This document shows positions 36,811-49,260 of a stretch of DNA of 58,465 nt, piece by piece. The position numbers and the translations under genes are program-made. Under the pieces are notes generated by a model. The model was not told the origin of the DNA, did not search any database, and worked only from the letters and a program-made list of their open reading frames with translations. Location: positions 62,001-120,465 of the forward strand of contig KZ538565.1 in NCBI GenBank assembly GCA_000934665.2. The letters are read 5' to 3'. The stretch comes from Catajapyx aquilonaris. Taxonomy: Eukaryota. How positions within the stretch are numbered: position 1 is the first letter of the stretch; each line of letters starts with the position of its first letter.

Positions 36811-37439
36811 TATCGCACTACCGTCAACAACCGCACAACTTAAAACCCTCGCCATTTGCTTGCAAATCATCCGATTAAAATACCGATCACATATTTAGAA
36901 CCAGTAATTTCCCCCCGATTTTTCTAATGTAGATCCCACTTACTAGTACTGGTGGCAACCAATTATTACAGGGTAAAGGGGGGGTATTGGCTACCCTGCT
37001 GACAAGCACTGGTCTAAATCTTGCACCTGTGTGGGTTGGAAAAAGGAGTAGTGGGAGAATGTTGCGTGCTGGCAGGGTAATTACTCGGCGTGAAAACGGG
37101 CCGCCCCTTCCCCGCCACTCTCATGCATAATTCCATGTTGTAAATNNNNNNNNNNNNNNNNNNNNNNNNNNNNNNNNNNNNNNNNNNNNNNNNNNNNNNN
37201 NNNNNNNNNNNNNNNNNNNNNNNNCCCCCCCCCCCTCCCACCGCCCCTCCTCTCTACCTAATTAGTCGCGGACGAGTCCTCCGCCCCCTGGTGAGACTGA
37301 TATTTAATGAATTGCCACCGTTTGCTGATGGGAAATCGACGACAATGGCGGTGTCCTTTTGATCTGGATGATTTGCTGGTTCTGTAATGAGGATATGCTA
37401 AAATGACAAACCTATGATAGTTTCAGGTTTAAAAAATTA

Positions 37440-37980
37440 GTAGTATTATACGTAGTAAAATACTGTCGTAAATAAAGTATAAAATACTGCAGGAAATATA
37501 GTACAGTAGAATACTCTAATAAATATAGTACTGAAAAATGCTGTAGTAAATATAATACAGAATACTGTAGTAAATATAGTACAGTAAATACTGTAGTGAA
37601 TATAATAAAAATGCTGTAGTAAATATAGTAGGCTACAGTAAAATTCTGTAGTAAATATACAGTAGCACAGTAAAAATTCTGCAGTAAATATAGTACAGTA
37701 AATTCTGTTTAAATAAAAAAATTAAAAATAAAAGGAAATTCTGTAGTAGATGTAGTACTGGTACAATAAAAATACTGTAGTAAATATAGTACACTAAAAT
37801 ACTGTAGTAAATATAGTGCTTTAAATATCATTTAAATATTGTATCATAAATATAGTCGTAGTGCAGTAAAATATAATAAAATACGGTATGGAAAAACAGA
37901 TATAATGGTAGAGTGAAATACAGTATAATAAAATATAGCAAAATGAAACTAATATAGTACAGAAAAATATATAGTAGTAA
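37440..37980. repeat. AT-rich minisatellite (AATACTGTAGTAAATATAGTACAG)
   Basis: Repeated TACTGTAGTAAATATA units. Confidence 0.85.
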
Positions 37981-39064
37981 ATATGTCAAGGAATTAATAG
38001 TCACTCTGGATAATGTGTCATCATCATCATATTCATCACGGCTTTTCCCAAAGAACTGGGGTGCCAGCGGATAACGAGGAGGAAGTAAAGCAAATTGAGT
38101 TACTTAGTGTGGAAGTGATTTTTTAAAACAATGTATAAGTGTAGAATAAATTATGAAAATTGTAGTTGAATTAGTTAAATACCAAATGATAACTTGATAC
38201 ATTGTGCAGATAGAGCTGGATTTTGCGATAAAATGTCTTAAGTACAGATACGTATGAAGTCAAGTTTAAAAGTAAGCGACACTGAAGGCCACAAGAATAT
38301 GCTGCGTGAGACTATGAATTGGAAAAATTACTTCTCATTAGACATGCCAGTGATGTAAGTGCATCACGCTTCTTACAATAGCAATTTCACAATTGTTGTG
38401 AAACTTTTCTATTCTTCCTGGAATACTCTTATTGTGCAATATGCCAGCATTTACACAGCAGTGTATGCTTTGTTACATCCATTATTGATTACCACTGTTA
38501 CTGTAGCGTTTAGCCATTAGCTAATTATCCAGCAAGCTGTAGATTAATATGAATGCAATGCAGTGTAACTGCCTGGCAATTTTCAGTAATTAAAAGTATA
38601 AGGCCATTGCACTGTACTGTCCAAGTGCAGATTATTGCGGCGTACAGTGCACTCCAAAGCCTATTAGGGAAGATGCCATCCGGCTTCCTGCTTACAGTAG
38701 CGCAGAAACAAGTCCACTAGAATAATATCCCCCTCTGAAAGGGAATTCTTGTTTTAACTCGATGAATAATGCAGGCAACTTCATGCATAAACTAGGATTC
38801 AAACTTATGCGGTGTCCATTGAGAGCTGGGCTGCATTATGTATGCTTCGTGAAACTACGGGTTGGAGTAGCTGTAACTTTTATTCCTCGTGCGCATACAG
38901 ATGCTGTGAGTGAGAGGTTGTTAACCTTGCACAAAAACTTTCTACTCATCCTAATTGGTCCGCATTTTAATATCAAAATAGGTGGTGTTTTAATTTTAGG
39001 AAATGTGCTTTGTGTTAATTGTGCTTTACTGCAATTTTGATATAATCAGTACTTTATTTCGCAG

Positions 39065-39454
39065 GTTCTGTGACTCCCCTACAAGTGACCTGGAAGCCCG
39101 CACCCCTAAGGGTCGGGGCAAGCGTGGCAGGGCGGCTGCAGCGACCCCAGTCAACGACCTGAGCAACTACACAGAGACGAGGTCGTCGGTCCACAGCAAG
39201 TTACGGCACAGCGCTAAGGGCAGGAGGGGGGCCAACACCAACTCCACCAACAGCAACAACGGCAGCAATAGCAACCACAGTGGGAGTAACAGCAGCGGAA
39301 GTGGGAGCAGCGGCAGCAATGGGTCCAACTCAGGATTCATAGCGCCTCCAAGTCCAGCCAAGTCAGAGAGCGGGAATGGGAAGCGGAAAGGCAGGAGCCT
39401 GGAACCAGAACCGGAGGATTCACGGGGAAACAAAAGGAGCAGATCGAGTTCCAG
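39065..39454 (+). CDS. sbb: sbb coding exon 4
   Basis: Acceptor TTCGCAG; (R)FCDSPTSDLEARTPKGRGKRGR continues the conserved domain in phase 2. Donor AG|GTCAGT at 39454/39455. Confidence 0.9.
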
Positions 39455-39535
39455 GTCAGTTTTCATACGATCAAAAGTGTCATACATATTAAAATATAAT
39501 TCTGGCTTGATAATAAGGACGTCTTATTCCTTCAG

Positions 39536-42122
39536 GTCCACTCCGACTGGAAACAGCACTGTTGGGAATTCCACGTCGGGAACGGCTGCAGGATCACCGG
39601 TGAACCCGGACCCTCCAGTTTCTCCAGTCCTGATCGAATGCCCAGAACCCAACTGTTCCAAAAAGTACAAGCACATAAATGGGCTCAGGTATCACCAATC
39701 GCACGCACATGCCAACTCCTTGCAAGGGGAGGATGGAGAGACTATTACTGTGCCTGCAGCGTCGGATAACAAGCAGGATGCTTCGGTTGGCACGTCGGAA
39801 CCGGACGAGAGCAGTACCAGCTCTATGGATTCGTCGCCAAGTTGTGAAAGCAAAGCTGCATCGCCAAGGCCATTTACAGGGAAGGTGCCAGCACCTCCTC
39901 CGCCACCACCTGAGATGCCGCCGGCTGTGAAAGTTGGAGAAGATGCGGCCGCAGCTCCACCTGTGACTGCGGCACCCAGTCCTCCTGAACCAGAAGAGGC
40001 CCCGAAAGTACCCGTCAGCTCCAGCAGTGTGTTGAGGTTTGGAACCGCGACCCAGGAAGTACCTTTGTCGCAACCAGCAAGTGTGATACAGTCGCAACCC
40101 ACCATCATACCAACCCAGCAGCCACTGTACCCAACCAGGCATGTTCCTCTACATACGCCTCAGCAGCAGCCAAGACCACCAGTATCAACACCATACTTTG
40201 CCGCCACTGCTACAACGACTCCGCCTGCGGTTCAAGCAGTCAGGCCCATATCCACGCAGCCTGCCATTACCACTGCAGTAACACCCGCAGTGAAGAAGCC
40301 AGACCCCCGCACCCAGGAGAAGTTCAAGATCAAAGCGCCTTTGAACACAAGGCCGATCGTTCCAGCACCCACCCCAACTCCAGGGTTGCTCACGCCTAGT
40401 CCAGGAGTGCAGTCAACCCCGGTTGCTCCCGGTAGCCTCAAGCCAATCCAGCCGAAACCTACCATTCTTGGCGAGCCAAGTGTCAACCCAGCGCTGGAAA
40501 GCCTTAAGAAGGAAAAGAGCAAGCATAAGAAGAAGAGTAAAGACAGGGAGCGGGAACGGCCAGCCTCGCAACCAATACCTGGCAAGAAGACACCACCTCC
40601 TGCAGGAGAGGTGCCAATCCTCAATGGTGCTGTGTACAATGGGATGAAGCCTACCGCGGAGATGCCTGCAGAATCTCCAAAGGTGACGTCCCCCATTCCG
40701 GATTCATTAGTAGGCCGAGAGGACGTGCAGAGTCCGGCATACTCTGACATATCGGATGCAAACGATTCGGCGCCAGTGTTGGAGCCGGAAAGTGAGAAGG
40801 AAGGACCGAAAACCACTGCTCCAGGTTCTGTTCCTGATAAGAAGGTTGAAGCTCCAAACCCAACACCTCCGCATGGTCTGTCGTATGGGATGTACCCTAC
40901 GTATTACAGCCAATCCTCGTACCTGGTGCCGCAGGTTGAGCCAGCAAAGAAAGAGCAGGAAAAAGTGGAAAAACCTCCAGAGAAGCCTGAGGAGAAGAAG
41001 CCGGCAGCAGCAACTGCGGCACCACCCAGCCCGGCACCAGAGTACCAGAAAGTGGTGCCACAACACTACTACTCTTATGGGGCTTACTACCAACCAGCGT
41101 ATGGGGGAGTGGAACCTTCATATCATATGCACTTACTGGCAAATGATCCCAACTATAAAGCGCAGTATGAGAAGTGTGTGGAGGAGCATGAACGATTGTT
41201 CAAAGAACAGCTAGAACGACAGAAGGACAAGGAGAAGAAGGAAGTGGCTGCAGCAGCGGCTGCTCCACCACCAGTGCAGGTGAAGGAAGAACCCAAGGCA
41301 CCCAAGGAGCGACCCCCATCGCAACCAGTACCAGTGGTAGTGGCTGAGAAGCCTCCAGAAGCACATGTGATCAAGGATGTAGACATAAAGCCTCAGGTGG
41401 TGCCTCCACCTGCGGTGGAAAAGCGAGCGCCTCCTGCTCCAGCGCCCTCGTATGACTCCACGTACCTGTACCAACGCCAACACCAGCAACATGAAGAGCT
41501 GAGGCGATACTATATGTATCACCAACACCACGAAGCACAGCAGAAGCATTTGGAGGAAGCGCGGAGAAAGGAGATTGTGGCTCCACCACCACCACCAGCA
41601 CCGAAAGTTCCACAACCTGAACACAAGAAGCCGCAACCAGCACCTCTTCCAAGTCCGAAACGCTCGACACCTCCCACATCCAGGGAAGAGAAGAAGCCAC
41701 CGGAAAAGGAGGAAAAGCCGGAGAAGAAGGAAGAGAAGCCAAAGTCAGAGGGGGTCAAACCAACCATGGAAACCCAGGGACCACCTCCTCCACCTACCTC
41801 TTCATACGCTTACATGCACCCTGCGTACATGCAGGCGCCTCACTATAACCTTCCTTTTGACTCGTCCCATCCCATGTACAGAGGACTCAATCCCATGTTG
41901 GTTCCAAGTCCATATGGAGCAGCTCCATACCTTCATCCGCAGCTTCGGTACCATGTTCCGGGAGGAGGAGCAGGACCTCCTGGAGCGCCAGAGGATTTGA
42001 GTAGGTCTGCCGGTCCCGTGACTCCGGGGGGCGGCTCGGGGGGCGGTGGGCCCGGAGGTGGGCCGCCCCCGAAGGCGTTAGACCTCCTACAACACCACGC
42101 ATCGCAGTACTACGCGGCCCAG
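39536..42122 (+). CDS. sbb: sbb coding exon 5 (C2H2 zinc finger at 39639-39710)
   Basis: Acceptor TTCCTTCAG; contains CPEPNCSKKYKHINGLRYHQSHAH, LKPIQPKPTILGE, QSPAYSDISD, GVKPTMETQGPPPPP and ALDLLQHHASQYY. Donor CAG|GTGAGA. Confidence 0.95.
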
Positions 42123-42180
42123 GTGAGAAATAGCCTAGAGAAGCCTCAGTGTGCCATAGCTAAACTGCTTCTGGTTTCAG

Positions 42181-42601
42181 GCACACAAGATTCACGAGCT
42201 TCAGGAGAGGGCCCTGAAGTCTCCCGTATCATCGGGGACTCCGCAGGGCCAACCCACACAGACGCAGCCGCCTCCTCCGAGCTTGGGGGGCGGCCAGGGG
42301 GTGGGGTCGGGGGGTGGTGGCAGCACAGTGGGGCCCGGGGGGAGTTCCACCGGTGGGGCTGGGAGTAGCAGCAGCGGAACCGGGGGAGCAGGAAGCACTC
42401 CGCAGACACCAACCACAGCATCTAAGGTGGCAGCAGAGATGAGTGCGAGGAAGGGGGGAACACCTCCCACCGGGGGAAGCGGCGGAGTCGGCGGAGAGAG
42501 GAGATCGCCCCCGCCGCAGAGGCATGTGCACACGCATCACCACACCCATGTAGGACTTGGGTACCCCCTTTTGCCGGGGCAGTACTCCACCCCCTACGGA
42601 G
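42181..42601 (+). CDS. sbb: sbb coding exon 6
   Basis: Follows a 58-nt intron ending GTTTCAG. Translates [15 protein letters not shown]...[23 protein letters not shown], the family C-terminal motifs. Donor G|GTTAGT, phase 1. Confidence 0.92.
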
Positions 42602-42882
42602 GTTAGTTGGAACGTTAATTGGACTCTTGCATGGAATTCAGTATGATCACTCAGAACATAGCACATTAACATTCGATTTGATGTGCAGCTACTAAAATGC
42701 ATTCTTGCAAACAACCTGCTTAAGCGCCATGGTTTGTACACAACAGTAATTGTGTGACAGGTGGGAATGCATCTTGGTACATGTAACATTGTAATTGCGG
42801 AAGATGGCCAGTTGCCATATCTTTCACCCCCATCTCTTAAAAAAAAGTACGCATAAAGCGATTGCCATTAGCGTCTACTAGT

Positions 42883-43411
42883 CAGTGATGGGCGAAAGTT
42901 TTCACTTAGTTTTTTTTTCATGGCTGTTCAAATAGCCGTTTTGTATTTAATCCTGGCGTTTTTATATGGAGCAAATTTGTTAAGACCATGAAAATTGAAC
43001 CATTTAGAAGTTGGCCCTGGCGAGGCCGAAAGAAGCCCGGCAAACATAAGCAGCAGGAGGTGCCGGAATGAAGTGGGGAGGCATACTCTCTTCCGAGACC
43101 ATCCCAGCATCTACAGCAGTATTGTGTCATCAGAAGGGGGTTGGTATTCATCCATCCTCCCTCACTATAATTATACTCTCTCTACACTTGTCTCTACATA
43201 TTATAATAATGCTTGCAAGATCTTGTTTATTTTTTATTTATTTTCTTGTACTGTATATTTGCATACCCCCATGTCCTCGCTGTAAATCAAAAGTTTAGTA
43301 TGTCGAAAGTTGCAATAATTCGTTAAAGGAATAATTATTGTTGGAGTCAGTGTGGGTCCGTCATTGATAAATGTTCCCAAAATAATTGCAATTATTGTTC
43401 GCCCATCACTG
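42883..43411. mobile_element. 529-bp hAT-like MITE in the last sbb intron
   Basis: 14-bp TIR CAGTGATGGGCGAA...TTCGCCCATCACTG; flanks TACTAGT / TACCAGT resemble a decayed TSD. Confidence 0.75.
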
Positions 43412-43607
43412 TACCAGTGGTACTTGCAGTGCTTTGGCTGGTGGGGGGGGGGGNNNNNNNNNATTTAAGATCAATCGTCTCATGTGCCGATAAAATCAGT
43501 AACGGGGAGCACTCTTGCACTTTTGTTCATGCTTGTAAGTTATACATCAGTAATGTCTTGCTGAAATGCTCAATGTGTTGGTACTGATTGCATTTCTCTC
43601 TCCACAG

Positions 43608-43675
43608 CCATGCTGGCCAGCCAACAAGCGGCAGCAGTGGCAGCTTCAGTCATCAACCCGTACCCACCCAAATGA
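43608..43675 (+). CDS. sbb: sbb terminal coding exon 7
   Basis: Acceptor TTTCTCTCTCCACAG; the phase-1 join gives (A)MLASQQAAAVAASVINPYPPK followed by TGA. The total CDS of 5082 nt is divisible by 3. Confidence 0.85.
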
Positions 43676-46600
43676 GGCCAAGTGCCATCCCTGCACACGC
43701 TACATGCAGACAAGTGATCTCGGCGCACGCGCACACACCCTGATGAGTGACGCTTACTTTTTATTTTTCTTGTGGCAATAGTGCGAACGCAAAACTCAGG
43801 ATCTTCCCAACTTTGGACATGAGAAAAGGGACATGACCAAATTGGTAAGGATAAACATGGAAACGGGTGGGGAGAGGACACGAGTGCAAGAGGCCGGATC
43901 CGGGCCTTCCCGATAAGATGTGATAATACAGACAATGGATAGTCATCAACGGATGAAGAAATGTGGACAGCGTTTGTCAAGACCAAGCTTTAAAATCCCT
44001 TAAATAATATCAAGGACTGCTAGCAGCAGGCTTTTTTTTTTTTTAAAAGAAGGAAGAAAAAAAAAATGATTCGCCAATATCAAAGTTAGTAGGTGAATTA
44101 GCCACTGTTACACTTGGGATGCATTGAAAAAATGACTGCGCAAAAATGGGATCATTTAAAATATATTGCGGACAATGTCAGCATCTCGAAGTGTGTGTGA
44201 TTCCAATTCCTCTCACCTGCTTCTCTTTTTTTTTCATTTTTTAAGAATAATAATAATAAAAAAGAAAAGTGGTGTATTGGGTCTTAGCCTGTTCTACTGG
44301 TTTTACACCGACAATTGTGTTCATTTTATGCACATTGGATACTACATACCGATCATAAAAAAAACACCATGGCATTTCATAGTGATAGTTTTTAAAAAAA
44401 GGACAAAAATGGGAAAAGGATTTAAAAAATTGCGGACTGTGAAAGTGCAGCTTTTTTTTGGCTCTCATTGAGAGGGAAGGTAATATGTACAGGTTTGATG
44501 AAAAAAAAAATGAAAAGCGTAAAAAACACCTACCCCCCCATGTAACACTTCCCTCTTGGCTTATTAGTGAGATTCCCGAATAGACTGAGAATAAGTGTGA
44601 ATATATGCAGCAAAACCGGACGTTTTTTGCTGGTGTATAACTAATTGAACAGTTATCATTCTTACTATTACAAAACTGCTCTGCTGACATGCTAGGAGTT
44701 AAAAACAAAAAAATGAAAGAGAGCGAAAAATGTATGCATTGAATATGCCAAACAAATCTTCACACCAGGTTCATAATGTTGTATAGTGTCAAATCTCCCC
44801 TCTTCCCCCTTCCCCCTCCCATCTCCATATTTTTCATTAATTTGCATACAATTGGTTACATGCCAGGACGAGTTGACGAGATGAATTTTATTAAATCGAA
44901 ATGGCAAATTGAAAGGTGGCGGCATATGCAGAATTTTTTCCGCTGGTACCCCCGAAAAAATGAACGGATTTCACTTCTCGGCTTGTCCCGACATGGAAAA
45001 GAGCATAATGTATATTTGGAATGTATCATGGTGTGCTTGTGAGTATGTCGTTGTAAATAGTGTACATTAATTATTATTATTTGCTTGTTCCAAGTTCAAG
45101 ACAAGTGTGAAGTTGAATAGACAAGTTTGTAATTTTTTAATTGTTTTTTTTTCTAATTATTTTCTATTGTTATTTTTTCGTTTTTTTTTTTTTTTTGGTG
45201 GGACTCGGGTAATGGGGGTTTGTAATTTCCAGGGTTGGAAAAAAAAAAAGTTCATTTTATCAAAAACATGGACTGCTGTTTATTATTGTCATCATCTCGT
45301 GAGAACCTCATTCCAGTTTTATTGGAATGCTGATGACTGAAAGAGAGAGAGAGAGAGTGGGAAAAAAATTGAAAAAAAAAGTGTATGAAAAGCAAAATTA
45401 ACAGTTTATATATGCACGGCATATATAGTATATGTATAAAAGTATATATATACGGTGTTTTTAATTCCATGGCCAGTGCTGTGTTGCAAAGGGGTGCATT
45501 TTAGTTGCGGGTAGCTAAAATTGTAATTGCAGGTTTTCTCTGAGCTTATCAAGTGCACTTGTGTGCAGTTTGACCGTCTTCAATGTATTTACTCCTTTCC
45601 TCTAAAAAAACGCTCCCCATCTTCCTGAAAATACCCTTAAAATTTTTTTTCACTTGTTCCTTTTAACTGTTACTCTCATGAAGATATTTTGTAGCGAGAC
45701 TTGAGGACAATATGAAGCCATTGCTTGGGACTGATTTTTAAAAAAAAGTGTGGAGAAGTTGGATGTACCAGGGGTGATTCAAAAAGTTGTTCCTGAAATT
45801 TTTTAAATCAACAACATAGAAGCTGTTTTTTGACAACGTGGCTATAAACAGCATGGAAACATTTCATCATTGTTCGTTCATCACTCATCTGACATTAAAT
45901 GTGGAATGACCATTATAAATGCGACAATTGCAGACATTACGCAGAGGTGTGATGATGACTAATTTTTTGCATTGAAAAAAAGTACAAGAAATATTTTTAG
46001 TTGATTTGCAACAATATCTTCAGCATAAATACTGTGATAATAGTCACAAAAACTATGGGCTGCAGTTTTCAATATTAAGTAATGACCCCTTTATTGAATT
46101 TTTTCGAAACAATGTGTCTGTACTGAAATGTTGCATTTTTCTTGGTCACACCGCATTGATGGTCACATTTGTCACATTCATTAGGACACCTAAAAATATT
46201 GTTTGTAAACAATTGTTTCACTGCCAATGTAACCTGAACCTTTCGGATCACTCCTTGTAGGTGTCTTTTTATCTGATAACTGACAACACAAATATGTAGG
46301 AGGGGGTGGGGATAGGGTATTCCTTTTTGTTGTGGAGTGAGAAAATGTTGTGAATCCCATTTAAAAAAAACAAGAAATCAAAAGACTGCATCACACCATG
46401 TATGCGACTTATCTCCCATGCAGACAAAACAGTACATAACTGCCATATTTTTCCACCGCGAAGTGGCTTTTTTTTTTCATTTGCCATCGGAACGGAAGAA
46501 TGAAAGGTTCTGATCGTGGATTTACTTGGTCGTTGTATGCAATGATTTGTAGAGTCAATTGTTACTAATAATAATAGTGAAAAAAACTGAAACTGTTTTC

Positions 46601-47070
46601 ATGTTCATTTCTTGAGTAGCCATAACACGGCTTTGAAAATTTTCAAATGTTCAATGAATATATTGCATTGGTAATTCATTTCAACGTATCATTTATGATC
46701 ATATCAGTTTCAGTAAACATGATTGTGTTCACTGGAACTGATATTACTGTAGGTCGTACTTATATTGGCCTACCAATCTTATTTCAAGTGAATAAACTTG
46801 GAATGATTTTTTTCAATATTATTGAGAACAATTGACGCAACATATTGTTGTGCATGGCGGGCAAAGCAAGTCTTTGAACAGGCCCTTCTGAATGTTGTCG
46901 CCAGTTGTGGTGGCAATTTGTGTGATGTCAGATACTTGTTGGGCTGTTCGGCCAAGAGTCTCTCCATTTCTGATGGTCCAAACCCCACGCAGCGATGGAA
47001 AGAATTTGCTGAGCCAAACGACCAAATGCATTATTTTTTGAAATAAACAAAAATGAGAAACCAAAAGGAA
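43676..47070 (+). other. sbb: Probable long AU-rich 3'UTR of sbb
   Basis: Repeat-poor, A/U-tract-rich sequence; AATAAA at 46791-46796 and 47042-47047. The true end is unknown. Confidence 0.45.
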
Positions 47071-48191
47071 CAACCACTGCGCTTTTTTGTACCATTGCCT
47101 GTTAAATGTCTAAAGAAAATGATGTACGCAGTTTTTTTGTGACGCGTGATACTGCATCTCTCTGCTGCACATTTTTAATGTAAATAACCAGAAGAGAGAA
47201 TTTGTCTTTAACACAATAGGTTGAGTCAATATTAGGGATTTTATATAGTATAGTGGATTTGGAGAAGGATGAAAAAAAGAATAAGTAAATATTTAATAAT
47301 GAAAAGAGGCTTCTTTGAATGAAGCTTGCATTTTATCACTACAGGAATACTACTGGTACATGCAAATAGTACAAAGTTGTTACCTGACTGGTTGATTGTT
47401 GTTTATCCTCTTACCCCCCTCCTTTTCCCTGAAAACCCAACTTTGTTCGCCTCTTTGTAATAATAACAATTTGGACTAAAAAGCACCCCTTTGCTTCAGC
47501 ACAAACCCAATTACTTCCGCCTACAAAGTTGTATAACAGTAATGTTGGGGGTTTGTCTAATAACTGGGGCGATGACAGACTGATCAGCGTTTTTGTCCCT
47601 TTTAACTCCGCTTTTTGCTTATTATATAAATGCAACCAAAAAAAAAAAAAAATCCAGCATAAAGTGCCAGCCAAAAAACTAAAAATGCGAAAAATGCAAC
47701 AAAATATTTTGAGTGATTGTGCGTAGTGCAAATTGGTGTTCCAAGAGTTAATGCTAGTAATTGAATTTAACTAAAAAGAGAGAGAAAGAGAGAGCGTTAG
47801 ATTAGAAAAGATTTTTGACCTGTCATATGCCAGAGAGTTATTAGACATATCCTGCCTTCCATGAGATAATGGAATATCTTTTGTCTGCTATATCGCCTTT
47901 GGTAGGGAAACCCTCTGTATAAATATATACAAAAAAAAGTACATGAAATACTGTGGCAACGTCGCAGGTTGTGTAGATGGAGCACAATATTTCGAGTAAA
48001 TGGAAAAAAAAAGCTGAAGTATTAACACATGTGTTGTCATTCTTATTCACCTTAATCATTCATACAGTTGCAGGTAACACTGTCACTGTATATAATTTTC
48101 TTACCCTTGTAATATATTTCAGTTGGAATACTACACTGTACTGGGATGGAATGGTGTGTCGCTGAAGCATGACTGCTTTTTATTGACTTTG

Positions 48192-48417
48192 TCCAGATCT
48201 AGTTGATCCAAGGCCCCAAGGGATAACTGATATAACTGCCCTCATGCTGGTCATGAATGTTGCCTTCTCTGGTGGATGCTTGGACATGATTTTAACCCAC
48301 AATGGTGGGGGCTTGCAGATAAGTAGTATGATGTACGTTACCAAGAGAAGGAAGTGGATGCCACTTCCAACTTACACCATCTTTCCTCCTACGCTACGGG
48401 TAATGGGATTTTCCTCC
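48192..48417 (-). pseudogene. Gustatory receptor pseudogene fragment (third copy)
   Basis: Homologous to about 53090-53328 of GR-A exon 1 (shared GGACATGATTTTAACCCACAATGG, GGAAGTGGATG, GCCACTTCCAACT), with a ~20-nt frameshifting deletion. The rest of the gene is absent. Confidence 0.8.
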
Positions 48418-48559
48418 TAAAGCTAAGCTAAGCTAAGTGTGAGTGGAATGGATCATCTCCTGAAGTTGCAGTATGATGTCCATGCGTGTGCCGTTTAAGT
48501 AGGTGCAATGGTATTCCACCTGCTGTTGCATGTTCCCCACAAAGTAAAGTTACAGAAAC

Positions 48560-49260
48560 CGTGGACTCTCATTTTCTGAAGGAAGGAGTGATCCCATGGG
48601 ATGGTAAATTTGCCCTTGCATTTGAATGTAGGTATGAAGCCCCCTTCTCTTACAACATTGGCCCCAAAAGATATCATCTGAAAGGCCGAATTGTAATTTC
48701 TGATGGTCTTCAGGAAATACTTTGAATTAGGTGATGTGGCTAAGAGGAGGATTAAGTAGCTGTGGAGGCTCAGCCAGTAGAGCAGGAAGGCTAACCTTTC
48801 CATTGGAGCAACGGATAGATTTTGTTTCACCCTTCCACTTCTTTGCCTGACAATGGTGCCATACCTCTGACATGGGACCAAATGCGACAACATCTACAGA
48901 AGAATAGTCCATGTCTGTTGAATAGTGGAAAGCTGCATTTAGGCGGTGGGTTGATGAAAATGGAGCAAATCTCCGACTGATGGCCGCGTTTCTCATAGAG
49001 TGGAGTCTGGCTTGGATGTCTCCAGCAGACTCATTTTGTCTGCTGGTGGAGTGTCTGGCCGCATCAGCACTGAGACGGGCCTGACCTTCCACCTCACTCT
49101 CCTGCTCTATTTTTCTGGAATAGCTGGTAGCTTGAGCACTCAGACATGCTTGGTGTTCTTCCTCACTCTCTTGGTGCCTCCTTTGCCGAACTGTACGTGT
49201 ACAAGTACGTGATGAGCTTCTGCCAATGCTGCTACGTTTTTGTTTTGCTTTTGGGCCCAT
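48560..49260 (-). mobile_element. Truncated, frameshifted Helitron RepHel N-terminal region
   Basis: MGPKAKQKR..., then repeated E-E-QARL helices, then AFHY..DYS..GPMSEVWHHCQAKKWKGE..CSNGKVSLP..EPPQLL. After a frameshift it reads YFLKTIRNYNSAFQMISFGA..GFIPTFK. These match the Zn-binding N-terminus of animal Helitron proteins; Rep and helicase domains are absent. Confidence 0.85.

Noticed and set aside
39003..39064. ATG at 39003 as the start of a 1121-aa protein
   Set aside because: It lies in the intron upstream of the acceptor; conserved sequence begins at 39065.
39167..42789. Many antisense ORFs over sbb exons 4-6
   Set aside because: Codon-bias shadows of the sense CDS.
11849..43462. N gaps (11849-11871, 19229-19385, 28767-28848, 37146-37224, 43454-43462) next to poly-C/G runs
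   Set aside because: Most likely sequencing or assembly dropout at homopolymers; the hidden content cannot be assessed.
46779..47073. Short ORFs on both strands in the sbb 3' region
   Set aside because: No recognisable homology or convincing splice context.
48416..48437. CCTAA-A-(GCTAA)3 as an interstitial telomere seed
   Set aside because: Only one canonical CCTAA unit; too short to distinguish from junction filler.
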